Source: Zygophlyctis sp. KS116 (taxonomy: Eukaryota > Fungi > Chytridiomycota). From it: 14,271 nt of DNA. Where the stretch lies: the NCBI GenBank assembly GCA_054661495.1, contig BAAFSQ010000253.1, positions 1 to 14,271 of the forward strand, written 5' to 3'. Made by a program: the position numbers and the translations under genes. Positions 1-9,634 of this stretch are shown in pieces. Position 1 is the first letter of the stretch; every line of letters starts with the position of its first letter. Below the pieces are notes generated by a model. It did no database searches. It was not told where the DNA came from and worked only from the letters and a program-made list of their open reading frames with translations.

Positions 1-909
1 AGTTACAGTCTATATTTAGTATTTAAAATTATTAAAACCTTGTAGTATTCCAATTGAATAGCCACTAAATCCGCCAAATGTTTTAATGCATTTGGAGATT
101 CCACGACAGCCTTCATTTTACCCATTGCATCATCTACAGCTGCTACAAATTCATCTTCTGCAGCTTCCATATCTTGACGTGCAGCATCCGCATTTTCTGG
201 TCTAGAATTCTTTACTTTTGCACGAAATGCATCATAAGTAAGACGAACAGACTGAACTTTTTTTCTAGCCTTCTATAATTTATAAAAAAATCTATAAATT
301 ACATTTGCAGCATCAACATTATTCTCCATAAATTGCAAAAAAGGACCATAAAACTTTAATTTTACATCTTCATCTTGATTTAATCTCTGTCGTCCCATTC
401 TCTCTTGAGCATCTGAAAATTTCTTTAAAGCCGCATGTAAAGGATCTTGGGAAGATATCAAATCAGAAGATATTATAGCAACTCTAGAAAAAGCATGAGA
501 AAGCGAAGGTGCAGTTTCTAAAGAAGTACTAAAATTAATTTTTAAATACTTACGTTGTTGGAGAAGACACATTATTTCTACCACCAGACAATGCTCTCTC
601 TGCCAAATAATTTGCTTTATCACCAACAGACGTAGCAAAATCAGCAACAGTATTAGCAAGTGGGGGCTCATAATCATAATGAGGTAGAGTATAATTTCTG
701 GCAACTCTTAAAAAGTTTGAGTATAGTAAACTAATACGATCCACTCCAGCCTCTAATTCCTTGTATTCCGATGGTAATTCAGTAATATCATGAACATTTC
801 CAAGTTTCTCCTTTGCAAACTGTTCCATTTGTGCTAATCCCTTTCCCATCGATGCTCCAAGAGGCTTGAGCTTCTCTCCAAACGAAGAAACCATATCATT
901 AAAGTTCAT
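1..909 (-). CDS. GVP36: Gvp36-like BAR-domain protein, 3' end outside window; exons 909-554, 528-303, 272-39, 9-<1
   Basis: ATG at 909 (MNFNDMV; the ORF track start at 930 is a TTG). Motifs QFAKEKLG, DITELPSEYKELE, RLTYDAFRAK and MEAAEDEFVAAVDDAMGKMK match the Gvp36 BAR family. GT-AG introns at 529-553 (25 nt), 273-302 (30 nt) and 10-38 (29 nt) join the frames. Confidence 0.85.
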
Positions 910-930
910 CTTTTTCAAGTTTAGGATCAA

Positions 931-2235
931 ATGTCAAATGGGTTCTTGATTGCATTGGCCATAGTACTGATCGGATCTATTGTTCTAGACTGGGTCTTTA
1001 AAGATCGTTTCTCTAGTATTCATTTCCTGCATAGACTTGTTCTAATAACGAACGCTGCAACATTGGCAATTCTAGCCATGATTTTGCTGTTTAGCGGAAG
1101 CTTTACGATTCAAACGATTGAAGAATATTTTAGACTCTTTCTTGCTTTACTTACAGTACAATATTTACTGATAACTCCCGGATTGTTTTTCTATTATTTG
1201 ACAAAATCATTCATTCTGACTGGAGTATTTTCAATATTATTCATCTTGGGCTTTAGTCGTGGAGCTAATATATTTAGCTTGGAAAGCATGATTATTCGGA
1301 TTGGAGTTGTGGGCGTTGCGATTATGGCGGTTTTAAGTGGTTTTGCGGCCGTGTCGACTCCGTTAAATAGTTTGTCTGCATTCAAGATTAATATTGATCA
1401 AAAGATATTGGAAAATTTAAAGAGGCAATTAAGTGTTTCTATTGATAAGGTATTCAGCAAGAAAAAGTATCTAGCTCGACAAACTCAAGACTCAAGATCT
1501 ATTTTAGGAGTAGATTTAGGGGTGGGGTTATTTAGTACTTCAAACTCTTCAATTTCGGCAGAAATTGGATATTTACAGAATTTTGTAGATGAATTGTTGA
1601 TGGATATTAATGAATTGCATTTAGAAAGTCAAAATCATGATTTTTCTAAAACTATTCCAGGAAGAATTAGGAATACTTTTGGGTATATATTTTCTGGGGT
1701 TTGTATTTTCAAGGTTTTTAATTCACTGTCTCAATTGGTTTTTAAAAGATTTGGGGCTGGAGAAGGAGTTGTGACTAGAATTCTAAATGTTTTGGCTGGG
1801 AAATTAGGGTTGGATTTAGACGTGGATTATTGGTCTCATATATTATCTCTAATTTTAATCGCTGTTTTAATGATTTCATCTATTAGGAGTTTTTTAATGC
1901 AGTCTCTAAAGGTAAAATTTAGATATTTTTGACATTAATAGGTCTTTAGATATATCAGGCCTTTACTAGAAAAAAATTTAGTTATACTCTTATTTTCTCA
2001 ATTGATTGGTTTTTACTCTCTAAGTATGATTTTGATGTTACGGCCTAATTTACCATTGGAAAGTACAAGTCGTATTCTATTACGGAAAATTGTTAAAATG
2101 GACGATTTTGAATATCATCAGCAATGGTATGATTTCATTTTTGTTATATCTTGTATTATTTCAGCAGTTATAATGGCAATTGAGTATAAATTACGGTCAC
2201 AAAAATACAAGGATCAAAAGCAATGGATAGATTGA
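931..2235 (+). CDS. GPR89: Golgi pH regulator / GPCR-type G protein (GPR89/GPHR family); exons 931-1911, 1942-2235
   Basis: Multi-TM protein with IRIGVVGVAIMAVLSGFAAVSTP, SKTIPGR..GYIFSGVCIFK, DVDYWS, SSIRSFL and YHQQWYDFIF, all resembling GPR89. A 30-nt intron at 1912-1941 joins ORFs 931-1932 and 2002-2235 in frame. Confidence 0.9.
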
Positions 2236-2296
2236 TGTATGCTAAAAAATATTGCAAAAAAGTAAAATGGCCCATTCAACTGTAACAGGAAATCTG

Positions 2297-5200
2297 TTAT
2301 GAAGGAGACAACCATTTATGGCTCAAGAGAAGTGATGCTGTTGGTCTTTGATGGGGATTTTGAACTAGGATATCCATCAAGAATTCTACACCATTTGGAG
2401 AAAATTGTTCAGATGTAGGCATTTGGGGAAGATCGCCGTTTCCGATATGGTAAAAGACAGCCCAGTCATTGTCATATTCATGGTATGGAATCTCTCCAGT
2501 AGCCATTTGACAAGTAATAATACCGACTGCCCAGATATCTTGTGCTAAAGGATTGCTCATATCTTCTCCACGGATCATTTCTGGATAATTAAAAGATTCT
2601 GAATTACCAGGCGGAATATATCGTGCTGTTCCCACTAATCCAAATGATTTTTCTTCATCATCATCTGACTTATCATTCAAGACCGTCAAGCAATTAAATC
2701 CACTTATCTTTAGATGCTTTTGAGAGTCAATCAGAATGTTTGATGGTTTTATATCACGACTTTAAAATGAGAAAAAAATAATTACTGAATAATTCCTTGT
2801 GAATGCAGATATTCAATTCCTGTCAAAAGGTCTCTTGAAGTACTTTGAATAGATGCCTCGCCCTCAATCCTACCATAGGCTAATATGTCTTCCAGGCTAC
2901 TATCACAATAGTACTCCATCAAAATGTAGATATTGGAGAATTCGATCACCATCCCATAATATCTGCAAATGCTTTAAAATTATCACAACAATGACTTACT
3001 TTGGATGAATTAACCGAATAAGCCGTCGGCTATAGGTTAGGATTCTCCGGACGTAAAGAATGTCACGAACATCGTATTCTTTGATTGTCAAAACCGCATC
3101 CCTGTCCTATGTTTTATAAATTAATTCTAATAGATACCATATCTCTTCCAAGATAAATTTTCCCATGATTTGATCTATGTAAAAATTTCCCCTGTAAATT
3201 AGATCAATCTTCTTATTTCGAACCTTTCTCCACTTAAAAGTTGTAGCTGGTAGATCGGAGGAAATTTTAGTAATATGATCTTTAAAAGAATCGCTGCTTA
3301 AAGTAACCACCACACCATAACCACGATCTAAATCTAATTTAGACTCTAATTCATGGATGTTGTGCAATAGTCTCGATCCACGATTGGGCTGAAAGCATTG
3401 TAGATGCTGAGATGATTTAGTGGGAAAACCTCCTTTTCGCAGCCGATCAAGCGCTCCTAATTTAGGAAAAGTCTGTCTGTCAACTATCTCAGACAAGCCA
3501 CTTGCTATGGCAGATCTAATCTTTTCAAATTGTTCGTGATTTAGTCCACCAAAATCAAAAAAAGTTGACATCTTGTCCGTAATAACGCCCAATATATCCA
3601 CCAAGACAATCAATGAATCTCGCTTACTAGATATAACTGTTTGAGCTTTAAATACCTCTCTAGCCCCTTCAAACAAAAATATATCCAATTAGCGCATATA
3701 TCCACCATTCCTAAAAATAAATGTTAACAAATTACCATCAATCAAACCTTCTTCCATATATTCATATCGCAAGAATTCAAGCATTTCACTAATGAATTTA
3801 AATGTTAACTAGGAATATATTAAACGTTAAAAAATACCTGAAATATTTCATGAAAAATATGGAACTTAGCGCAAAAGTCATCTGTAATTGGCATTGATTT
3901 CAATGTAGCTAGAATCTTCCAAGAAAGTGTTTGAATATTGTTTCGGATTTTTGTAAAAAACTTTTGCATTGTAGAAGAAGCAAACATGGTTTCTTTATGG
4001 TACTTATTGTCTCTAAAGAATCCTTCAAGCGCTGATCTTTCAAATGTATATGATGGAAATACAGAAAAAGAAGCCACGGGCAATGTTATATTGGGAGATT
4101 TGAAATCCATGCCAATCATATCACCTTCCCAATTACTTGTATGAATATCAGGGAAAATAATAATATAGCACCCGCTTGGTAAAAATTCCATCAAGAAAGA
4201 GTTACGTGTTACAGACTGAATAACAAGTCTAAGATATGGTTTATATGAGGAAAGATTCGGACTTGCAAAAACTGCGAGTTCTCGTCCCGAACTACTTGTA
4301 TCCAAAAATCTGACTAGAGAGTATTTTTCCCTTTTTAAATGGTACAATAATTCCACTTCAGTCATCACAAGCCCAGAATATTGAGTGAATTTAACGGTTT
4401 GTGAATCTAGTTTCCTAAACTTTTAGATAAATTCAAGTATACTTGTAAAAATCAAGAACATGAGCAAGAGGCCCCTTCATCAGCTCTAGCTTCCTATAAA
4501 ATGCAGAATTAATTTCTCCAAGTCCACCAATTTCTTTTAACAGTTTTTCAATAAATGCATTTTCAACATCAGTAAATGTATAAATATATCTAATAGCATT
4601 TGAAGACGATACTTGTACTGATATATGACAAATCACTTGCCATGATTTCTCTAAAAACAAAACTAAATTCAAAATAGAATAATCCTTTGAGAACCGAATC
4701 CTTCGAATCAAAAGTTTCTCAAATCTATCAATAAGAGTATCAATCCCTTCAAAATGCGTAGAAAGCTCACTATTATCTAAGTTGAATCTTAATCTACCTT
4801 TGATCATATTTACCATGTAAATCCTTATGAAACAAAAGTCCATTCTCGAGTATAAATTCCAGATTTCTCAAAACTTCATTCAATATAACATCAACCATAT
4901 CTGTCCTTTCTTCTAACCATACAGCTTCTATATGAGTTGTAAAACTAATTGTAGCTCTAGTTTGAAATTGATAAAGAAATTGAATATAATTATCCATTTC
5001 AAACACATTTACTGAAAGCCCCATTTCTGAGAAAATAATACTATTCCTTTGTATACATTCCTTTATCTTTGGTAAGATTGAATGCCACAATATATTTTCC
5101 TGAGTTCTACTTTTATAATTTCAGAAAATACCTAAAAATACCCTGTAATTCTTCATCTATAGCAAACCTTGAAAAAAACAAAGAATGATCCTCTTCTGTC

Positions 5201-5755
5201 CCATCTGTAGAATAATATGGTGGCCCAACAGATTTTAAAAATGCTATTTTTTCCTTTACTTTTAGAGAATAATTCCAAGTTTTTTCATATTCAATAAGCG
5301 CAATTAATCTTTTAGAGATTAGATCTGAGCTAGATTCTAAATGATCAGCCTGTAGAGCCTTAAAAGTAGGATAAAGCCCCGTTACTCCATCATACTTTTC
5401 CAATAATCCAATTACAACCTGGATAGGATCCTGAATCCCTTCATAGTAAAAATCCTTAATTTCTCTAAAAACATTTGCAGCTCTTTCTCTTTCAACTAGA
5501 AATAAATTTTAAAAATAAAATACGATTTAAATGACGAATTTCCTCATTGACTGATCTAGAATGATAAACTTTTGCCCGAATCTCAATCCAAAATTCATAA
5601 GTTACATTCTTCCCAATAATCATTGTTTTAGATAAGAACGGATTAGATTCAATTTTAATTTTCTGATTCTGAATAGCACAATTTACAGTCTGAAACCATT
5701 CTTTTCTCTTACAATTTTCTCTTGATAGAAATCCATTTTGTAAGCGATCACTCAT
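2297..5755 (-). CDS. Ssk2/Ssk22/Win1/Wis4 (MEKK4)-like MAP kinase kinase kinase, about 1037 aa, with degenerate catalytic motifs (predicted pseudokinase)
   Basis: Twelve introns (5496-5523, 5107-5131, 4777-4813, 4415-4442, 3809-3837, 3711-3735, 3627-3655, 3192-3223, 3107-3137, 2972-2999, 2760-2785, 2581-2607; 345 nt total) leave a 3114-nt open frame. Ssk2-type N-terminal motifs: RKEW, EFWIEIRAK, GLYPTFKAL. Kinase motifs: HPNICRYYG, YILMEY, YGRIE, HRDIKPSN, GTARYIPPE, DIWAVG, MATGEIPY, DNDWAVFYHIG. Confidence 0.85.
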
Positions 5756-5774
5756 TTTAAACTCTAAAGCTTCC

Positions 5775-6062
5775 TTAAACTTGTTTTATTTGAGCCATTT
5801 TTTCAAATTCCTGTAAAACAATCCTTCTTTGAAAAATACAATATTGATAATTTATAGATCCAGCAAATGCCCAAGTCATCATTCCCCAATTCCCAGCAGA
5901 TCTCCATTTCTTTGAAATTAGAAATCTAAACAGTCCGACGGGAAGTCCGAAAGCCAATCCAGTGATTAGAGATTTAGTAGCACAAGGCATTGATCCTACA
6001 TTTATAAAATCATTGAATTTGAGAGATGATAAGACTTTAATGAAATCTGATTCGTCAGTCAT
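5775..6062 (-). CDS. COX20: Cytochrome c oxidase assembly protein COX20 (95 aa, intronless)
   Basis: MPCATKSLITG, two TM segments, AGNWG and YQYC..QR are typical of COX20. Confidence 0.88.
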   Translation of the reverse strand: MTDESDFIKVLSSLKFNDFINVGSMPCATKSLITGLAFGLPVGLFRFLISKKWRSAGNWGMMTWAFAGSINYQYCIFQRRIVLQEFEKMAQIKQV

Positions 6063-6064
6063 TG

Positions 6065-6107
6065 TTTTAAGTGAATTTTACTTGTATATAAAGTGAATTT
6101 TAAGTGA
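6065..6107. promoter_or_regulatory. Putative bidirectional promoter with a direct repeat and TATA-like box
   Basis: The 87-bp divergent gap holds AAGTGAATTTTA twice (6069-6080, 6091-6102) and TATATAAA at 6085-6092. Confidence 0.35.
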
Positions 6108-6149
6108 CTCTGTTATACTAAATTCCTAATATAGCTCTGAGTTTACTAA

Positions 6150-7151
6150 ATGCAGGATTTTCTGGATAAATCTTCTCTGCAAGACTATTCTCAACTTGTA
6201 AATTTAGAAAAGAGATTTCAGTCTTTGAATTTTAGGAATTTCTTTTACAAAAGACTGGAAATAGAATACAATTTAGGAAAAAATGATATTTATGGACTAG
6301 TTGCAGAATTTAGAATTACTAGTATACAATTTCACTCGCAATTGTCAAGTCTAGATTTGGAAAATTCACAAAAATTATTATTGACTTGTCAGTCTATTTT
6401 AGAGAAATTGGAAAATTCAGAGATTTATTTACTGTTAAATTTGGAATTTAAGACTCTTTCTTACTTGATACAGGCAGAAATAGGGCTCAAGGAATTAGAA
6501 TTTAAGAAATGTCTTTTAGCATTGTATTCAGGAAGAATGTATTATAGGAAATGGATTCAAATTTACAAGGAAAAATCACAATTGCAAAAGGTTATTCTAA
6601 AAATTTTGGATTTACAATTACAGAAATTTAGGTTTTTGTTTTTAATTGGATCAAGTAGAGGAATAGAAATTAAGTACAAGAATATTGGGTATTTAGGAGA
6701 AAGATTTGGTTTATTGGTGAAAAATTGTCTAAATATGCAATTATTAGTAATTGGAATTACAGAGAATGGATTTCATTCAAGATATACTTGTATGCCGAGT
6801 ATATCTGCTAAAACAGGATTGGGATTATTTCCTTTAATTTATTCTTCTCATGATTTAAAAGTGGAAATTGTGTTACCAAATGTAATAAGTCTATTGTATT
6901 CTTGGGAAAGATTGGGATGTCAAAGAAAGAAATTGGGGATTTTAAGTAATTATAAACATGTACATGTAGAAAATCAATTTTTATCTTGGGGTCAGTGGAT
7001 ACTATTTAAAGATTTTAAATTAAAAAAGGTTTGGGAGATATTTTGTTTGGATTCTAGGATTTTAGTGGTTTTAATGACTGGACTAAAGGAATATTCTTCA
7101 GCTCAAAGTGAAGAGGTTTTGGCTCAAATTGTTTCAATCTGGACGTACTAG
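6150..7151 (+). CDS. KICS2: KICSTOR subunit 2 (C12orf66/KICS2)-like protein, divergent, 333 aa
   Basis: Collinear blocks resemble human C12orf66 as remembered: LVNLEKRFQSLNF vs LAAAEKVYHSLTY; LEFKTLSYLIQAEIGLKELEFKKCLLAL..W vs [36 protein letters not shown] vs AKFSFYF; KTGLGLFPLIYS..LPNVISLL vs PKGVDQYPAVVS..WPNVIMIM. Confidence 0.7.
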   Translation: MQDFLDKSSLQDYSQLVNLEKRFQSLNFRNFFYKRLEIEYNLGKNDIYGLVAEFRITSIQFHSQLSSLDLENSQKLLLTCQSILEKLENSEIYLLLNLEFKTLSYLIQAEIGLKELEFKKCLLALYSGRMYYRKWIQIYKEKSQLQKVILKILDLQLQKFRFLFLIGSSRGIEIKYKNIGYLGERFGLLVKNCLNMQLLVIGITENGFHSRYTCMPSISAKTGLGLFPLIYSSHDLKVEIVLPNVISLLYSWERLGCQRKKLGILSNYKHVHVENQFLSWGQWILFKDFKLKKVWEIFCLDSRILVVLMTGLKEYSSAQSEEVLAQIVSIWTY

Positions 7152-7178
7152 GTCAAGAGTGAAAGTAGGTCAGGGTTG

Positions 7179-7197
7179 TTTTTTTTTAAAAAAAAAA
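7179..7197. repeat. T9-A10 self-complementary homopolymer tract just upstream of an ATG
   Basis: T at 7179-7187 and A at 7188-7197, with the ATG at 7199. Confidence 0.8.
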
Positions 7198-7198
7198 T

Positions 7199-8181
7199 AT
7201 GAAAGTAATTTTAAAATTGCTAATCATACTCTGGATTGGTCTTTTAAATGTAGAATGTAGGAATTTAAACACATCTATAAAACAGGATCTTGGTAAAGAT
7301 GAACAGGCACTTATAGCTTTTGAATTTTCTCAGGATCCGAATGTCACAATGTGGGCTATTTTTGTAAAAGAGTTTAAAAAAGACTTTACAGTTTGGAAGC
7401 AGAATCCTAAAAGAGGTTTGATGGTATGTTTATCTTTTCTAAATTTTAATAGAAATTGCCAATTCAAGTTTTAAGATGGATCATGCAAGTTTTTATAGAA
7501 ATGATTAAAGACATTCAAAGTGCTACAAATTGGATTTTTAGTAGCATTTTAGATCCTCTTGAAGGAAAACCTTTGCAAGGACTTAAAGATATTCATGAAT
7601 TTTTTAAATCATTAATCAGTGGATTTAGAATTCTCGGAAAAATGATTGCCAAGGATTGGAGAAAAGGATTAGCAAACTTTTTTGGAGGATTATTCTTTAT
7701 TGCGTATCACCATCCAACTGAATTCACTGCCCAACTTGTACTTGTCTTATCAGCAGGGTTTAAAGTCATTGATATTTTAGACGGGTGTATTAAAGAAACA
7801 GTCACAATGTTTGGAGCTGCCGAAGAGACTGCTAATTCTGTAAAGAGATTAAGTAACACGGTCTTGATTATTCTACACATGATTGATGATCCCTTGATTA
7901 TTTTAAGTGCAGTATCACCTGCAGTGAATGCTGTTAATTCCGAAGAATTCAAAGAAAAACTTGTAGACTCTAAATATGCTCAAAAATTTGTATATCAAAA
8001 CATTTTGGGATTGAATTCTACTGATGAGAATTCTGTAAAATCATTTTCTAAAGAAGAATTCAAGACTTCATATTCTTCATTTATATCGTTTATTTGCACT
8101 AATACAACCCAGAAAGTGAATTTTAATGGTGAAACTATAGATTATACAACTGAATGCAAAACACAAACTAATCAACTTTGA
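7199..8181 (+). CDS. Hypothetical secreted or membrane-associated alpha-helical protein, about 317 aa; exons 7199-7423, 7453-8181
   Basis: Signal-peptide-like N-terminus (MKVILKLLIILWIGLLNVEC). A 29-nt GTATGT...TAG intron at 7424-7452 fuses the two ORFs in frame. No family recognised. Confidence 0.75.
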
Positions 8182-8278
8182 AATTACTCAATTTAGATGG
8201 AGGTAAAAACTGAAAATAAAGGAATTATTCATTATTTTAAACTTGAAATAATTACCAATCCACGACTCTAGTTTATAA

Positions 8279-8917
8279 TTACCAAATGTATGGAATCAAT
8301 TTCCAGGTATTTTTAGAATATTTTATCCATTTCTGTTTAAAAGCATTAAAAAGCATGTCTTCTTCTCTAGGAATTCTATAGAGTAAAAGTCCAAGTATTA
8401 ATAAAGATGGTGATACCATCAAGAAATTAAAAAATACAATACTTTCTAGTTTATCTTTATCCCATCCTATTAATTGAGAGTATATATCCACCATTTTAGG
8501 ATCAAACACAAACAATGAATATCCCAGAGTAGCCAATATTAATCCTGTATAAGACGGATGCCTGATATACCTATAAGGACCGGAAGATATTAATTTATGT
8601 CCAGATCTGATAGCTAAATCAAAAGTAAATAGTCTTCCTAGAGTCTTGTAACTCCAAAGACGTAAAATACTAGCAATAAAACACAATATTGAACCAAATA
8701 TTTCATATAATCCCCAATTCTCAACAATTACTGACCCATACTTTGTTATAAGCAGAGTATAAATTATAGAAATCAATATTAACCAAACTGGACCCAACCA
8801 ATATCCAATTCTAGGAACTGTTTCTACTATTAAATCCTTGTTACAAGTTGTATTTGGAGTCTGACTAATCTTGTAGTATAATACAGACAATACGTAGAGA
8901 GTCAATATCTTGAGCAT
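8279..8917 (-). CDS. Isoprenylcysteine carboxyl methyltransferase (ICMT/Ste14/PEMT-like) family membrane protein
   Basis: LRLWSYKTLGRLFTFDL, HKLISSGPYRYIRHPSYTG and RIPREEDML are ICMT-family motifs. Orthology to STE14 is not established. Confidence 0.85.
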   Translation of the reverse strand: MLKILTLYVLSVLYYKISQTPNTTCNKDLIVETVPRIGYWLGPVWLILISIIYTLLITKYGSVIVENWGLYEIFGSILCFIASILRLWSYKTLGRLFTFDLAIRSGHKLISSGPYRYIRHPSYTGLILATLGYSLFVFDPKMVDIYSQLIGWDKDKLESIVFFNFLMVSPSLLILGLLLYRIPREEDMLFNAFKQKWIKYSKNTWKLIPYIW

Positions 8918-8963
8918 TATATTTACTTTTTTTCTAAACTACCTTTTTCTATATAAAGTAGTA

Positions 8964-9509
8964 CTAATGATCAGTGTCCTGTAATCTCATTAATTCTACA
9001 TCTTCATCATTTGAATTTGATTTAGATTTAGATTTTGAACTAGATCCAAGAATTATAGGCTCTAATTCTCTATTCATACATAAATATTCTGATCCAGCAG
9101 AGAGTATAAAAGTACAAGAAATAGTATTAATCCACCAAAATATAAAAGTTGGAAATTTACTAGAATACATCCAAGAAATAAACAAGTGTAAGAAATATGT
9201 CGTACAAGCAAAATCCAGACATAATTTACTTTTCTTGACTATAAGAAATATTACAATTGTACTAGAAATAAATACTTTAGATTACCTTGCACAAGAATTT
9301 AAAAGTCCAGCCAAAAACATAGTCCATCCAAATAGAGTAGTGGAATCTAGTAAAGACCAGTCCAGTATTTGATCCAGTGTCAATGGAAATCCCATTAATA
9401 AATCCATAGTAAATAGAATAATAGATGATGAAATATAAAAACAACTTGTTACTATTGCAATTTGAGATACTAGTAGAAGAGGATCGAATTTGGATTTTCT
9501 AAATGACAT
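8964..9509 (-). CDS. SYS1: Golgi integral membrane protein SYS1 (Arl3/ARFRP1 receptor), about 173 aa; exons 9509-9286, 9261-8964
   Basis: FDPLLLVSQI, IVKKSKLCLDFACT..FLH, WW and EYLCMNRELEPI match SYS1. A 24-nt intron lies at 9262-9285. Confidence 0.92.
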
Positions 9510-9535
9510 TTCTCAAGTGGACAAGTGGAATAGTT

Positions 9536-9630
9536 GGGTGAGTAGTCTACGGTAGCGGGAGTGTCAGTGGGCATGTTGGGGGCCAAGAGGGGGGCCATGT
9601 TGGGGGAGAGTGGGAGAGGCAATGGCCAAT
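9536..9630 (+). promoter_or_regulatory. G-rich island and potential G-quadruplex in the SYS1 / NELF-C/D divergent promoter, with a CCAAT-like element
   Basis: G-tracts at 9569-71, 9578-82, 9589-94, 9602-06 and 9612-14 with 5-7 nt loops, plus GGG at 9536 and 9557. CATGTTGGGGG occurs twice. GGCCAAT at 9624-9630. Confidence 0.6.
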
Positions 9631-9634
9631 AGAA

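Noticed and set aside
2297-5755. Six separate ORFs or a frameshifted pseudogene
   Set aside because: All breaks are explained by 12 GT-AG introns that give one continuous frame.
9012-9040. GATTTA-type short tandem repeat
   Set aside because: It encodes the low-complexity SKSKSKS tail of SYS1 and is ordinary.
8974-9372. 132-aa plus-strand ORF
   Set aside because: It is antisense to the well-supported SYS1 and has no recognisable features.
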